Shown: positions 37,959-47,682 of the stretch, in pieces
Layout: each line of letters starts with the position of its first letter
How positions within the stretch are numbered: the stretch's first letter is position 1
Translations under genes and position numbers: made by a program
Notes under the pieces: generated by a model
What the model was told of the DNA's origin: nothing
Seen by the model: only the letters and a program-made list of their open reading frames with translations
Databases searched by the model: none
Assembly (NCBI GenBank): GCA_035291665.1
Contig: DATDRP010000001.1
Span: forward strand, 223,127-287,126
Direction of reading: 5' to 3'
Source: Patescibacteria group bacterium
Lineage (GTDB): Bacteria > Patescibacteriota > Microgenomatia > UBA8517
DNA: 64,000 nt

Positions 37959-40226
37959 TCAGATTCTTGACCTGAGAAGACTTTTGTACACTTTTACTCC
38001 CCCTTCCGTAAATATAAGATCCTGATTCGGAAGTTCAAACTCTCCCTCAACGATTGTGTAGGTCAATATGGCGTCTGAATTGCCTCTTATCCTTACTTCT
38101 CCTACCTTCACCGGTTCATTCCCTAAATACCAAAGAAGATATTGATAATTTTCAGCAAAATCTCCTCCGAATTGGTCATCTTTTCCCATCCGTTTCAGGT
38201 TATACGGTAAGCTTCCTGCATCTTTGATAATCCCATCGGACAGCTTTTTTTGTAATAAATACGGTACGCTTCCGTTGTCAATATGAGATCCACTCATGAA
38301 AAGCCAATATATCGAAAAAGACCATTTCAGTGATGAGAAAACTGCAAACAATAAAACGGTTATCAATAAGAATCGTATTTTATTGGAAGATAGTTCCAAA
38401 AAAAGTCCGATAATTAAAATAGGTATAAAAAATACAGGCAAATAGTAATGTAGAGGAGGTTTGCCATGAACAAATATTGATAAATAACCCAGTAATAAAA
38501 ATAGATAAAAAAGTTTTATTAATTTTTTATTTCTTGCATTCAAATTCGCTGACCGAAAATAAAAAAAACCGGATATAACTAAAATGAAGATTATCAATCC
38601 GAGTTCCTGGTTTTGAACTGTAAAAATGCTGGCTATGAAGTCATATAAAGACTTAATATTTGAAGATATTACATCTGACGTAGCGTTATTTTTCGGATAA
38701 AAACCCAAAAATCCGGCGATCCTGTATGGAATCCAAAGAAAAATATTTTTTGTCATTTGGAAGCCATTCTTGGCATCGTACACCAAAGAAGGAAGAACCG
38801 GGATCAACATTCCCCACGTAAAATATTTCCAAAATACCTTCGACTTCAAATATCCCAAAACCAAATAACAAAAAAACATTGGCGGAATAAGAATGAGGAC
38901 GCTAAGATGAAAATTCAACATTAGTCCGAATATCAAAAATACAGCGAAGAGGTACTTCTTTTTGGTCAATGATTTCATGAAAAAATGGAAAAACGGGAAA
39001 AATAAAACCAAAACCAGCGAAAAAAACATGCTTGCTTGCGATAGTTGAATGAAGGGGGCGGACACAGAAACTATCAAACTGGTGAGTAGTGCAGAGCCTT
39101 TTGTCATCCATTTCGAAACATATATATAATTCAAAAGAATTACCAAAGACGACATGGATGCCATGAATAAAGCCGGTGTGAACGGATTAAATTTTGAATA
39201 TTTGAAAATCGGAATCATTAGCCAATAATATAAAGGTCCGAATCTCATCCAGGGGTGTGAAGTTTGAGGACCAACCAAAGGAAGAATTCCTCGTACCATA
39301 TAGTTTTTTAATTCAACGTAAACATGTCCCAGCTCACCATGAAGTGTAAAATTTTCTTCCAGCCGGAAAAACCTTAAAAATATTCCTAACGCAAAAACGA
39401 GGAGAAACATTACATCAAATTTTGAGAACCGGCAAAAGCCTTCAACCAAGAGAGCCGGAAGTAGTCCAAAGTATTTCTTGAAATAATAAAAACGGCTGTT
39501 TTGGAATATTTTGTCGGGGGTTTTTGATTCGGAGGAATTTTCCTGATGATATGCAACCGATTCATTAACGACGTGTTCAGAATATCCCAGTTTTTTCAAG
39601 CGTTTACCAAGATCATATTCTTCAAAATATAAAAACATCTTCTCATCGAATCCACCGGCTTCCAAAAATAATTCCTTATTTACCATAACCACAGATCCCT
39701 GAACAGCATCTACTTTTATTCCTCGCGAGCTATTCTGTAAAGGTCTGTAAAATTGTTGCGCAACTTTATTATTCGGAAACACCTTGTTGATAAAACTCAG
39801 TGCAAATATACCCTTGAGAGGGGTAAGTTCTGAATACCCATGGACGGTCGGGGTTTCAAGTTCTTCATCTGAAAAAAGTCTCGGGGCGGCAACGGCCGAT
39901 TTCTTATTTTTCAACATAAAAGCCAGAAGTTTATCTGCATTTTCCCGGTCAATTCTAGCGTCAGGATTAAGAATAAGGACAAATTTTCCATTTGAGTTTT
40001 TTATACCCAAATTGTTCCCTCCCCCATAACCAGTATTTTTTACGTTTCGAATATATTTGATGTCGGGAGATATTTTCCGAAGTCCTTTTTTGAGATTCTT
40101 GGACTTCCCGTTATCAACCACCACAACTTCAACACCCTTCAGGTTGCCAAAATAAGATAGGCATCCAAGAGTTTCCCGATTACTTTTATACGAAACTATA
40201 ACAATTGAATATCCCCTTTGCTTCAT
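37959..40226 (-). CDS. Fusion: N-terminal GT2 domain plus C-terminal ~12-TM GT-C-like membrane domain
   Basis: N-terminus SIVIVSYKS...VVDNGKS...NPDARID (GT2). From residue ~250 a polytopic membrane region with a C-terminal periplasmic domain. 755 aa. Confidence 0.7.
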   Translation of the reverse strand: MKQRGYSIVIVSYKSNRETLGCLSYFGNLKGVEVVVVDNGKSKNLKKGLRKISPDIKYIRNVKNTGYGGGNNLGIKNSNGKFVLILNPDARIDRENADKLLAFMLKNKKSAVAAPRLFSDEELETPTVHGYSELTPLKGIFALSFINKVFPNNKVAQQFYRPLQNSSRGIKVDAVQGSVVMVNKELFLEAGGFDEKMFLYFEEYDLGKRLKKLGYSEHVVNESVAYHQENSSESKTPDKIFQNSRFYYFKKYFGLLPALLVEGFCRFSKFDVMFLLVFALGIFLRFFRLEENFTLHGELGHVYVELKNYMVRGILPLVGPQTSHPWMRFGPLYYWLMIPIFKYSKFNPFTPALFMASMSSLVILLNYIYVSKWMTKGSALLTSLIVSVSAPFIQLSQASMFFSLVLVLFFPFFHFFMKSLTKKKYLFAVFLIFGLMLNFHLSVLILIPPMFFCYLVLGYLKSKVFWKYFTWGMLIPVLPSLVYDAKNGFQMTKNIFLWIPYRIAGFLGFYPKNNATSDVISSNIKSLYDFIASIFTVQNQELGLIIFILVISGFFYFRSANLNARNKKLIKLFYLFLLLGYLSIFVHGKPPLHYYLPVFFIPILIIGLFLELSSNKIRFLLITVLLFAVFSSLKWSFSIYWLFMSGSHIDNGSVPYLLQKKLSDGIIKDAGSLPYNLKRMGKDDQFGGDFAENYQYLLWYLGNEPVKVGEVRIRGNSDAILTYTIVEGEFELPNQDLIFTEGGVKVYKSLLRSRI

Positions 40227-40307
40227 ATCTGTTTAAAATCGCTCATATCGCTTCATCTTTGCAAATAATATTTTGGATATCTATAATACTTCTAACCAAA
40301 AGTTGAA

Positions 40308-42194
40308 TTAATTGTGCGCTATTACATGTCCATTTACTGAAGTGGTTGGTATAACAGTCATCAATGCACCAGGTTGATTGTCATAAACTATATTATTGTT
40401 ATCCGTATCTCTGATCTGGATACGTATACCACCCCCATCAATACCGATTACGAAGAAAGTGTAATTACCCAAACCGTTAATTGTACCTGTTCCGGTAAGA
40501 GTTGCCATGTTGTTTGATATAACCAATGAAGAAAGAGTCGTTGCATTGAATTCCAAGTTTGCTGCTGGAAAGGTCATGGTAAATTGTCGGTTTTCTACAG
40601 GTATTGTACCTTGATATTTATAAGCCAAACCGAATCTGACTATCCCAGTAAGATTTTGGTCTTGCGGATAGGCACCGGAGGGTGAGCTATAATTCTGACC
40701 TGCGGTGAAGAGACCTTGGCTGGTAGGATTAAAAACAGACACAAATTGATAGGTTGATGAATTGCTAGTACTCGCGCTGTCAGTAACTGTAAGTACAACT
40801 GTATAAACCCCCGCAGAAGAATATGTGTGAGTATCAGTAATTGTACCAAATCCGTTTTCTTCTGTAACAGTCCCGTTTGTTGAAATACCATCTCCCCAAT
40901 CCCATACGGCAGTATGATCATCACCTGCGTTTGAGTCAGAGAAATATGTTGAGGCGACCATCTCTGTATTTACTTGAATAGGATTTGAAAACACATTGAT
41001 TGACCCGACACTTGGTGCTACATTTTTAAAAAGATATCCCATGCTGAAATCCTCATAAACTGTCTGAGCAGTGTGACCACCCCTCCTAAGTCCTCCAAAA
41101 CCAACTTCAGTAAGTGATGTATCAGTAGCATATATAACTTGAGATCCATCAACGTACCCTCTAATTTGATTCCCATTGACTTCAATCCGTAAAGTATGGA
41201 ATATATCAGAGGACAGGGGCAGGAGTTCGCCATCAAGTGCTGACCAAGCGCCATTTATTTTTTTATACAAATGAACTTGATCCTTCCCGATTTGGAGTAG
41301 ATAGAAGTTATTAACATCAACAAATCGTGCTAGAACTGCAGTGAAGTCATTAGTATTACTTTTTGTATCTACTTGAACATAATAATCTGCTAATTTTGGT
41401 GTAATACTATTATGGATAATGGATTCATCTTGAGTTTGAGAAGGAATCACTAATTGATTGGAATTTATAGCCCAATCACTACTATCCTCCACCCAACCGT
41501 TGCCCAAATCCGTCGAATCAGGATCGTCAAAACCATCACTAAAAAAACTATTAGAGGGGATAGGCGTGGGTGTTGGTGCGGGAGTAGATAATTCTCCAAC
41601 TTCGTAGTTATTGAAATTGAGTACACCTATTTCACCACCCCGTCTAAGACCTCCATATCCAGAGTTCGTAATTGAGCCGTCATTTGCACTAGCTACTAAA
41701 ACATTATCAATAAATCCACTAATTTGACTCCCAACAACTTCAATTCTGTAGGAATTAAAAGTGTTTGCTTGACGATCAAAAGGTCCACTGTAAAGAATAG
41801 TCCAACCTCCGTTAACTCTTTTCCATAATTGAGCAAACCCTTTTCCCGATTGGAATAAATAAAAATTGTTCGTATCGGTAAAACGAGCTAAAACCGCAAT
41901 AAAATCTACTTTTTCACTTGCAGATTCGTCAACTTGAACATAATAATCTGGAGATGAAGGAGTATTCGTATTGTGAACAATAGCTTCAACCTGAACTGGC
42001 GGAACAAGAATATTATTATTTATTGTCCAATCTCCCAAATCTTCCACCCATCCATCTCCCAAAATTGACGTATCGGCGCGATCAAAGTTATCGCTAACAA
42101 TAATTGCAGCAGAAATAGATTCTGCAGAAAATAATCCAAGAATACTAATAAACGAGAGAATTACTAAATCTTTAAAGAAGATTTTTATGTTCAT
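40308..42194 (-). CDS. Secreted protein: 2x LamG/DUF1080-like repeats, a PKD domain and a conserved C-terminal module
   Basis: Signal peptide. Repeated SD(N/G)FD..D...LG(D/N)GWVED..DW.IN.N.LV domains. PKD signature WDWGDG..HTY..GVYTVVLTVTD. The C-terminal ~150 aa are homologous to the C-terminus of 47683..49887. Confidence 0.6.
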   Translation of the reverse strand: MNIKIFFKDLVILSFISILGLFSAESISAAIIVSDNFDRADTSILGDGWVEDLGDWTINNNILVPPVQVEAIVHNTNTPSSPDYYVQVDESASEKVDFIAVLARFTDTNNFYLFQSGKGFAQLWKRVNGGWTILYSGPFDRQANTFNSYRIEVVGSQISGFIDNVLVASANDGSITNSGYGGLRRGGEIGVLNFNNYEVGELSTPAPTPTPIPSNSFFSDGFDDPDSTDLGNGWVEDSSDWAINSNQLVIPSQTQDESIIHNSITPKLADYYVQVDTKSNTNDFTAVLARFVDVNNFYLLQIGKDQVHLYKKINGAWSALDGELLPLSSDIFHTLRIEVNGNQIRGYVDGSQVIYATDTSLTEVGFGGLRRGGHTAQTVYEDFSMGYLFKNVAPSVGSINVFSNPIQVNTEMVASTYFSDSNAGDDHTAVWDWGDGISTNGTVTEENGFGTITDTHTYSSAGVYTVVLTVTDSASTSNSSTYQFVSVFNPTSQGLFTAGQNYSSPSGAYPQDQNLTGIVRFGLAYKYQGTIPVENRQFTMTFPAANLEFNATTLSSLVISNNMATLTGTGTINGLGNYTFFVIGIDGGGIRIQIRDTDNNNIVYDNQPGALMTVIPTTSVNGHVIAHN

Positions 42195-42287
42195 TAAATA
42201 TTATTAAAAGTAGTACAATTAATATACTATATTTATAACTTGTCGATAGACTTGTCAAGAAGTATAGAAAACCCAACTAAGTATATT

Positions 42288-43415
42288 TTATTCTAAAACT
42301 AATTTATCAAAATACCTCTCCAAATTAATAATATATTTTTCCCAAGTAAAATGTTGTTCAACATGTTTTCCAGCCATATCACCCAATGTATCTCTAACTT
42401 TTAAATTGGAAAATAAGAACTCTATTTTTGATGCTAATGCTTTTGGTGATCTCGGTAACAAAAATCCAGTTTTTTTATCTAAAATAGTTTCTTTATATCC
42501 ACCTTCAGAAACTGCGATTACAGGAGTAGAACAAGCCATGGCTTCCAGCGCAGTTAATCCAAAAGGTTCATTTCTCGAAAGACACAACAGACATAAAGCG
42601 TTAGAATATATTTTTGCCAAATCCTTATCACTTTCTATTATTTTTTGCCCCCGATCAAAACCCAATTCAATCCAACTTAATTTTTTCGAGTCTTTCAGCA
42701 AACTCTTAACCTTTAAATACGTATCGTATCCCTTCTCCATATTTCTTTTACCAATATAAAGAACGTATTTATTATTATTATTCTCAGAATTTTTGAAAAT
42801 ATCAGTATCCGCACCCAGATGAATAACTGTCGCACTTTTTTTGTAGAAAGTTTTAACCTGGTTTGCTATATATTTTGAACTCGTAATTATCTTCTGGGCA
42901 GATCTCGCGTTTACCAAATCAACATTTTTTCGTAATTTTCTGGTCAAATATTCATATAATTTTTTATGTAATGGTAAATTCATATCAATTTTCAAATAGT
43001 CTTCATATGCAATACGAAGCAGTTCATGACAATGATAAACATTTTTTGTTTTAAGGTATCGCAAAATAAATGGAGATTCTGTCCAACGATCTGAGTGAAC
43101 TAAAACTAAATCATATCTCTTTTCATCAATATCTCTTGCAATTCTTTTGTGAACCTTTCTCAAACTTATAAAATTCATAAAATCTACGGTTACTCTTTTT
43201 TTAAAACCATGTTTCTCATCAGGAACATTAAAAGCATATATATAAATTTTATTTAAAAAGCTCTTCATATCCTTATAATTAATGTTATTAAAACAATACA
43301 TATCGAGTTTATGATTTTCAGATAACCCTTTCACTTGTTCGTATACAGTTCTCATTGCTCCCCCATCTGGCAAATTTTGAAATATCGCAATTTTCATATC
43401 TACTTTATAGCCCAA
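42288..43415 (-). CDS. Glycosyltransferase family 4 (GT-B)
   Basis: EPFGLTALEAMACSTPVIAVSEGG (E-x7-E). 375 aa. Confidence 0.8.
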   Translation of the reverse strand: MGYKVDMKIAIFQNLPDGGAMRTVYEQVKGLSENHKLDMYCFNNINYKDMKSFLNKIYIYAFNVPDEKHGFKKRVTVDFMNFISLRKVHKRIARDIDEKRYDLVLVHSDRWTESPFILRYLKTKNVYHCHELLRIAYEDYLKIDMNLPLHKKLYEYLTRKLRKNVDLVNARSAQKIITSSKYIANQVKTFYKKSATVIHLGADTDIFKNSENNNNKYVLYIGKRNMEKGYDTYLKVKSLLKDSKKLSWIELGFDRGQKIIESDKDLAKIYSNALCLLCLSRNEPFGLTALEAMACSTPVIAVSEGGYKETILDKKTGFLLPRSPKALASKIEFLFSNLKVRDTLGDMAGKHVEQHFTWEKYIINLERYFDKLVLE

Positions 43416-44224
43416 ATAAAAAGCCAGTTTCCTGGTGAATCGTATGATTTCTTATAAACATGCAATAATGTTTCATAAATGAAAGTGGATATCAATTTTT
43501 TAGGAAACAACTTCCCATAGGGTGAATCTTTAAGATATGACCACAGTTCTCTTTTATAAACTCTTAAAGTTGTCATCCTGAATAAAATCCACCACGTTCG
43601 CATCCAATCATCAGGGTCGTAAGTCTTTGTATAAACTTTCGAAAAACCAACATCTTTCAATATCTTCACCCAATCGTCTTCACTCTTATAGTGATAATGA
43701 TTTACTCGTTTGTTATATCTTTTTAATTTGTCTTCCTTTAAATCCAATTTAAACATCGTTTTCAGAAAACGATCATTTGTGGTTGTTAATATAAACGATC
43801 CACCCTTTTTCAGTACTCGAGATGCTTCTTTGACAGATTCCAAATCATTTTTTATATGTTCGAATGTGCTGTTACTGACTATAGTAGAAAAATACTCGTC
43901 TTCAAAAGGTATTTTATCGGCCGATGTCAGAATTGTTTTTTTATATAAACCGGATTTTCTGGCTAATTTGATCAATCTTCTGTCATTGTCCAAGGCTACA
44001 TCAATATTTTTACCTTCAAATAAATACCTATCCATTCGTCCATCAGAACAGCCAATGTTAAGGGTAGGTTTCACAAATTTAATATTTTTCCAAATTGCTA
44101 TTTCAGGGGCTCTTAAAAAAGCATCACAAGGAGCAAACCAAAAATTTACAAGTAACGAAAATAAATAATCGGATTTTAAATTTTTTTTCTTAAATATTTC
44201 AGCAAGCTTTTTTGAGTATTGCAT
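43400..44224 (-). CDS. Class I SAM-dependent methyltransferase
   Basis: LNIGCSDG (motif I) and VLKKGGSFILTT (motif III). 274 aa. Confidence 0.7.
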   Translation of the reverse strand: MQYSKKLAEIFKKKNLKSDYLFSLLVNFWFAPCDAFLRAPEIAIWKNIKFVKPTLNIGCSDGRMDRYLFEGKNIDVALDNDRRLIKLARKSGLYKKTILTSADKIPFEDEYFSTIVSNSTFEHIKNDLESVKEASRVLKKGGSFILTTTNDRFLKTMFKLDLKEDKLKRYNKRVNHYHYKSEDDWVKILKDVGFSKVYTKTYDPDDWMRTWWILFRMTTLRVYKRELWSYLKDSPYGKLFPKKLISTFIYETLLHVYKKSYDSPGNWLFIWAIK

Positions 44225-45038
44225 AAAAATCGTTTCCCCAAAATACGTTAAAAGGAAAATATTTACTTAATGGTGACAAATATAACATAAAATTATAAAC
44301 AGCATCTTTCCAAGATAACACCGTGTTATTTACAGTTACATTCGTTGAATGAATTTTGCCTTTAAAATTGGTTTGTTTGAATAAATTCCATAGTGAAATA
44401 TAATCAGGCTCATTGATATGCATTATCTTATGGTAATGAGTTCTAAACAATTTCGGATGAATTAATCTGGGATATTCCTTATTGAAGACAAATTTGTATA
44501 CAACAGATATAAATAAACTCACAGGATAACACCAATACTTGTATATATAGATATTAAACCATTTATTGGGTGCAGTATGAATAAATAACAATCCATCTTT
44601 TTTCAACAAGTTATTAATTTTCCCGAATACGACGATTTGCTCATCTGGATATAAATGTTCCAATACTTCCGTCATAACGACAAGGTCATATTTTTGGATT
44701 GTTTTTAACTTTTTAATATCTAAGTGCTTGAAAGCGACTCTTCGTTGTACACTTTTTGGCCATCTTCTTTTCGCATCAACAGCCAGTTTAATAGCATCTT
44801 CAGAATAATCGATTCCTAAAACTTTGCCTCCAGTAAGTTTCGACATCCACAAAGCGAGTTCACCTCTTCCACAACCGATATCCAAAATTCTCTGATCTAC
44901 TTTCAAAGGAATTAAATCAAGTATTTTTTTCAGACGTACATCAATTACTTTACCAAAAGTTTTTCCAAATATTTCATACCCCGACGCATCATTAAGGTAA
45001 TATTCTTTTGTATAAAGATTGGGTTCGACTCTTTTCAT
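44199..45038 (-). CDS. Class I SAM-dependent methyltransferase
   Basis: ILDIGCGRGELAL, VLGIDYSEDAI, LLKKDGLLFIHT. 279 aa. Confidence 0.75.
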   Translation of the reverse strand: MKRVEPNLYTKEYYLNDASGYEIFGKTFGKVIDVRLKKILDLIPLKVDQRILDIGCGRGELALWMSKLTGGKVLGIDYSEDAIKLAVDAKRRWPKSVQRRVAFKHLDIKKLKTIQKYDLVVMTEVLEHLYPDEQIVVFGKINNLLKKDGLLFIHTAPNKWFNIYIYKYWCYPVSLFISVVYKFVFNKEYPRLIHPKLFRTHYHKIMHINEPDYISLWNLFKQTNFKGKIHSTNVTVNNTVLSWKDAVYNFMLYLSPLSKYFPFNVFWGNDFYAILKKAC

Positions 45039-46258
45039 TAAGATCTGAAAATCCTAAATATATTAAAAATGTTTAATAGAAGTGAAGCCACTGTTCCAAG
45101 CAAAACTGAATACACTGTTCCGTTTAATCCATAATTAATAGTTAGCGGATAAATTGTACTCGCCATTACAAATAATGCCGTAAAAGTGTAAAGAGTTACA
45201 TATTTTTGAAGTTTCAAAGAGTGGAATAAGGGATTACACGCGATAACAATTGATCTTAATACTCCAAATACAGCCAACGATTTCAGTATTGGAATTACAC
45301 CATACCACATGTCTCCAAGTAAAATCTTTACAATCATTTCAGGAAAAAAGTAGATTATTAATCCAACCGGAAATATTAACATTATTGTTACAATTAAAGT
45401 TTTTGAAAAGGCTTTCAATAACCTATTACGATCTTCAGATATTTTTACAAATATGGGAAAAGATACCGTATTCATTACATTTGTTACTTCAGTCAAAGGA
45501 AGTGTGGATATTTTATAAGCAACCTGATAAATTCCCAAACTGCTTTTTTCCATCAACTTTCCGACTAATGCATCATCACCATCCGTAAATAAAAAGTTAA
45601 ATATGGAACTGAGGGTAACCCATTTACCTCGATTAGTTATACTTTTGAGATTATACTTATTAAAACTTAATGTCGGTTTGAGCGACAGCATTAAAAAAGA
45701 CAATACAACTTCCGTAATGGCTCCGAATATTAGTCCGTAAACTAAACTGATTGGGTTTTTCAGTATGATCGTAAAAAACAGTGTGAATGTTAAGTCCACT
45801 ATTAAAACAATCGAACTGATAATAAATTCACCTTTAAACTTTAAATCTTTTATGAGAGTCGATCTTGCTGGATTAATAAATCCACGTATTAATGCAACCA
45901 GAGCAATTAGTCTTATTAAGATTACCGATTCTTCTGAGTTGAAAAAGGTTGAAACAAGCGAGGCGGATAAAAAAATTATAAAAAAGATTAAAACGCCTCG
46001 TAAAATTGAAATTAACCATGCTGTGTCAATATATTTTTCTAAATTTTCTTTCTCCTGAATAATAACTACTCCTATTCCTGTTTCCGTTATTGTCTCCAAA
46101 AAGGATAGCGTCAAAGTTGCAATTCCCAAAACACCAAACTGAAACGGAGTAAGTAATCTTGCTAAAATAATAATTCTCAAAAAAGCAAGTATTCTACTAA
46201 AAAGCCGGAAACTACCCATCCAACCAATTCCCGCTAACCCTGTTTTTGTGTATCCCAT
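45038..46258 (-). CDS. Wzx-type polysaccharide flippase (MOP superfamily)
   Basis: 12-14 transmembrane helices with the polysaccharide-biosynthesis-protein N/C pattern. 406 aa. Confidence 0.7.
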   Translation of the reverse strand: MGYTKTGLAGIGWMGSFRLFSRILAFLRIIILARLLTPFQFGVLGIATLTLSFLETITETGIGVVIIQEKENLEKYIDTAWLISILRGVLIFFIIFLSASLVSTFFNSEESVILIRLIALVALIRGFINPARSTLIKDLKFKGEFIISSIVLIVDLTFTLFFTIILKNPISLVYGLIFGAITEVVLSFLMLSLKPTLSFNKYNLKSITNRGKWVTLSSIFNFLFTDGDDALVGKLMEKSSLGIYQVAYKISTLPLTEVTNVMNTVSFPIFVKISEDRNRLLKAFSKTLIVTIMLIFPVGLIIYFFPEMIVKILLGDMWYGVIPILKSLAVFGVLRSIVIACNPLFHSLKLQKYVTLYTFTALFVMASTIYPLTINYGLNGTVYSVLLGTVASLLLNIFNIFRIFRS

Positions 46259-46419
46259 GTTTTTATATTCCTATATAGTTCAATTGTATTATACCCAGAA
46301 TGAAATTACCGTGAATTCAACTATCAAAAAAAATATAAAATATTGACACAATGTAATTTAAAGAGTAAAAAAGGAAGTATGTTATTTAAGAATTACTATA
46401 GTACTTAAATAACGGTATA

Positions 46420-46443
46420 GACCGCTTTTCGGCGGTCTTTTTT
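46420..46443 (+). terminator. Terminator-like hairpin plus T-run inside the 5' leader of the 46506 gene
   Basis: GACCGC-ttttcg-GCGGTC at 46420-46437, followed by TTTTTT at 46438-46443. Confidence 0.4.
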
Positions 46444-46505
46444 ATTGCTTTCGCACTGACGCCACAAAGTGCATAAAGATAGGCGTTAGAAGGAGGTGAT
46501 ATCAA

Positions 46506-46781
46506 ATGAATATTAAAAAGTTCGTAATTAGTGCTTCTACCGCAGCAGTTGCACTTAGTATTATGGCAATTCCAGTATTAGCTGTAGTGCCGGGGGCAGC
46601 AGTCAAAAATGACAATGCTAACCCGAATGCTTGTTGGGGAATGGATAGGGCATTCTATGCTAGTGAGGGATTTTTCCCGGAAAACATGGATATTAAGCAG
46701 TCTTTCCCAGGTAGTGATCTTAGTACTCAACTTCAGGATTGGGTAGCAACATATTGTGTAGCACACGGTCCTGTATTGTAA
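46506..46781 (+). CDS. Small secreted protein (signal peptide), hypothetical
   Basis: Strong SD AGGAGGTGA 7 nt upstream. N-terminal signal KKFVISASTAAVALSIMAIPVLA. 91 aa. Confidence 0.55.
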   Translation: MNIKKFVISASTAAVALSIMAIPVLAVVPGAAVKNDNANPNACWGMDRAFYASEGFFPENMDIKQSFPGSDLSTQLQDWVATYCVAHGPVL

Positions 46782-46808
46782 TAAATGTAGTAAGTATAAA
46801 ATTAAATT

Positions 46809-46840
46809 GCAGGGGAGAGAAAGCAACCCCTGCTTTTTTT
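46809..46840 (+). terminator. Rho-independent terminator
   Basis: GCAGGGG-loop-CCCCTGC stem followed by TTTTTTT, 28 nt after the stop of the 46506 gene. Confidence 0.7.
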
Positions 46841-46856
46841 GAAATCAAGTAGAATT

Positions 46857-47522
46857 TTATTCTGTTGTTATAACTATCGTAGGAGTCACTTTATCAGACA
46901 AATCGCTTTCGATTGGAGGTGTAATTATTAAAGTAGGAATCACTTCGACTTCTTCAGGTAATAGTTCTAAATTCGTAGCCTCTGTTATCAACAATGTTCT
47001 TGTTTCTTCATGATACTTTCCTGTTGCAAAAATACGTCTTCCAATAAATTCACTCAGATCAATATTTTCAGGAACTTCGAGGTTAATAGCTTCTGATGAA
47101 CTTGTAGTTAAATAATAACGATTTGACAAAAACGCTCGACGTAAAATACCAGTAAATGCAGTATTCCGATAACCAGAAGAATCAGATAATGGCTCCTTGA
47201 CTTCTTCAGAAGTATAAACAAAAAACGGTACTTTGAATGGTAATACAAATTTTCCTATACCCAAAGTGACAGTAAGAATTATTATAGAGATTGCGATCGC
47301 TGTTATTGGTCGAACCCTTACCCTCAGATCAATTCCTTCATTACCAACAATTTTAGCCCACCAGCTTTTTATATATGTGATAGGGTTAGTAATTTTTACA
47401 TCAACTAGCGGTGGTTCTTTTTTGCGTAAATCAGGTTTGATTTGTTTAGCTGTTACAACACCCTCCATATAAACCTTTTCAATTTTCTCTTCGAGTTCCT
47501 TTTTTACAACCTTTACAACCAT
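46857..47522 (-). CDS. Membrane-anchored hypothetical protein
   Basis: 221 aa with one central transmembrane helix (AIAISIIILTVTLGI). Confidence 0.4.
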   Translation of the reverse strand: MVVKVVKKELEEKIEKVYMEGVVTAKQIKPDLRKKEPPLVDVKITNPITYIKSWWAKIVGNEGIDLRVRVRPITAIAISIIILTVTLGIGKFVLPFKVPFFVYTSEEVKEPLSDSSGYRNTAFTGILRRAFLSNRYYLTTSSSEAINLEVPENIDLSEFIGRRIFATGKYHEETRTLLITEATNLELLPEEVEVIPTLIITPPIESDLSDKVTPTIVITTE

Positions 47523-47682
47523 TGATTAAATGTAATACGAATATTTTATTGTTGCAATAATAATATCTGAATTGAAAACTGGATTTTAAGCGCTTATTAT
47601 TCCGAAAAAGAAGCCAGATATAAATAAGGCATTTGATATTACGAGATATTACATCTTGTAATTAAAAACTATACGTGATATT

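Noticed and set aside
46379-46408. 9-codon leader peptide as a firm call
   Set aside because: The only sigma70-like -10 I could place (TAAAAA, 46366-46371) would start transcription at or after its SD. It is kept only as a low-interest hypothesis within the attenuator finding.
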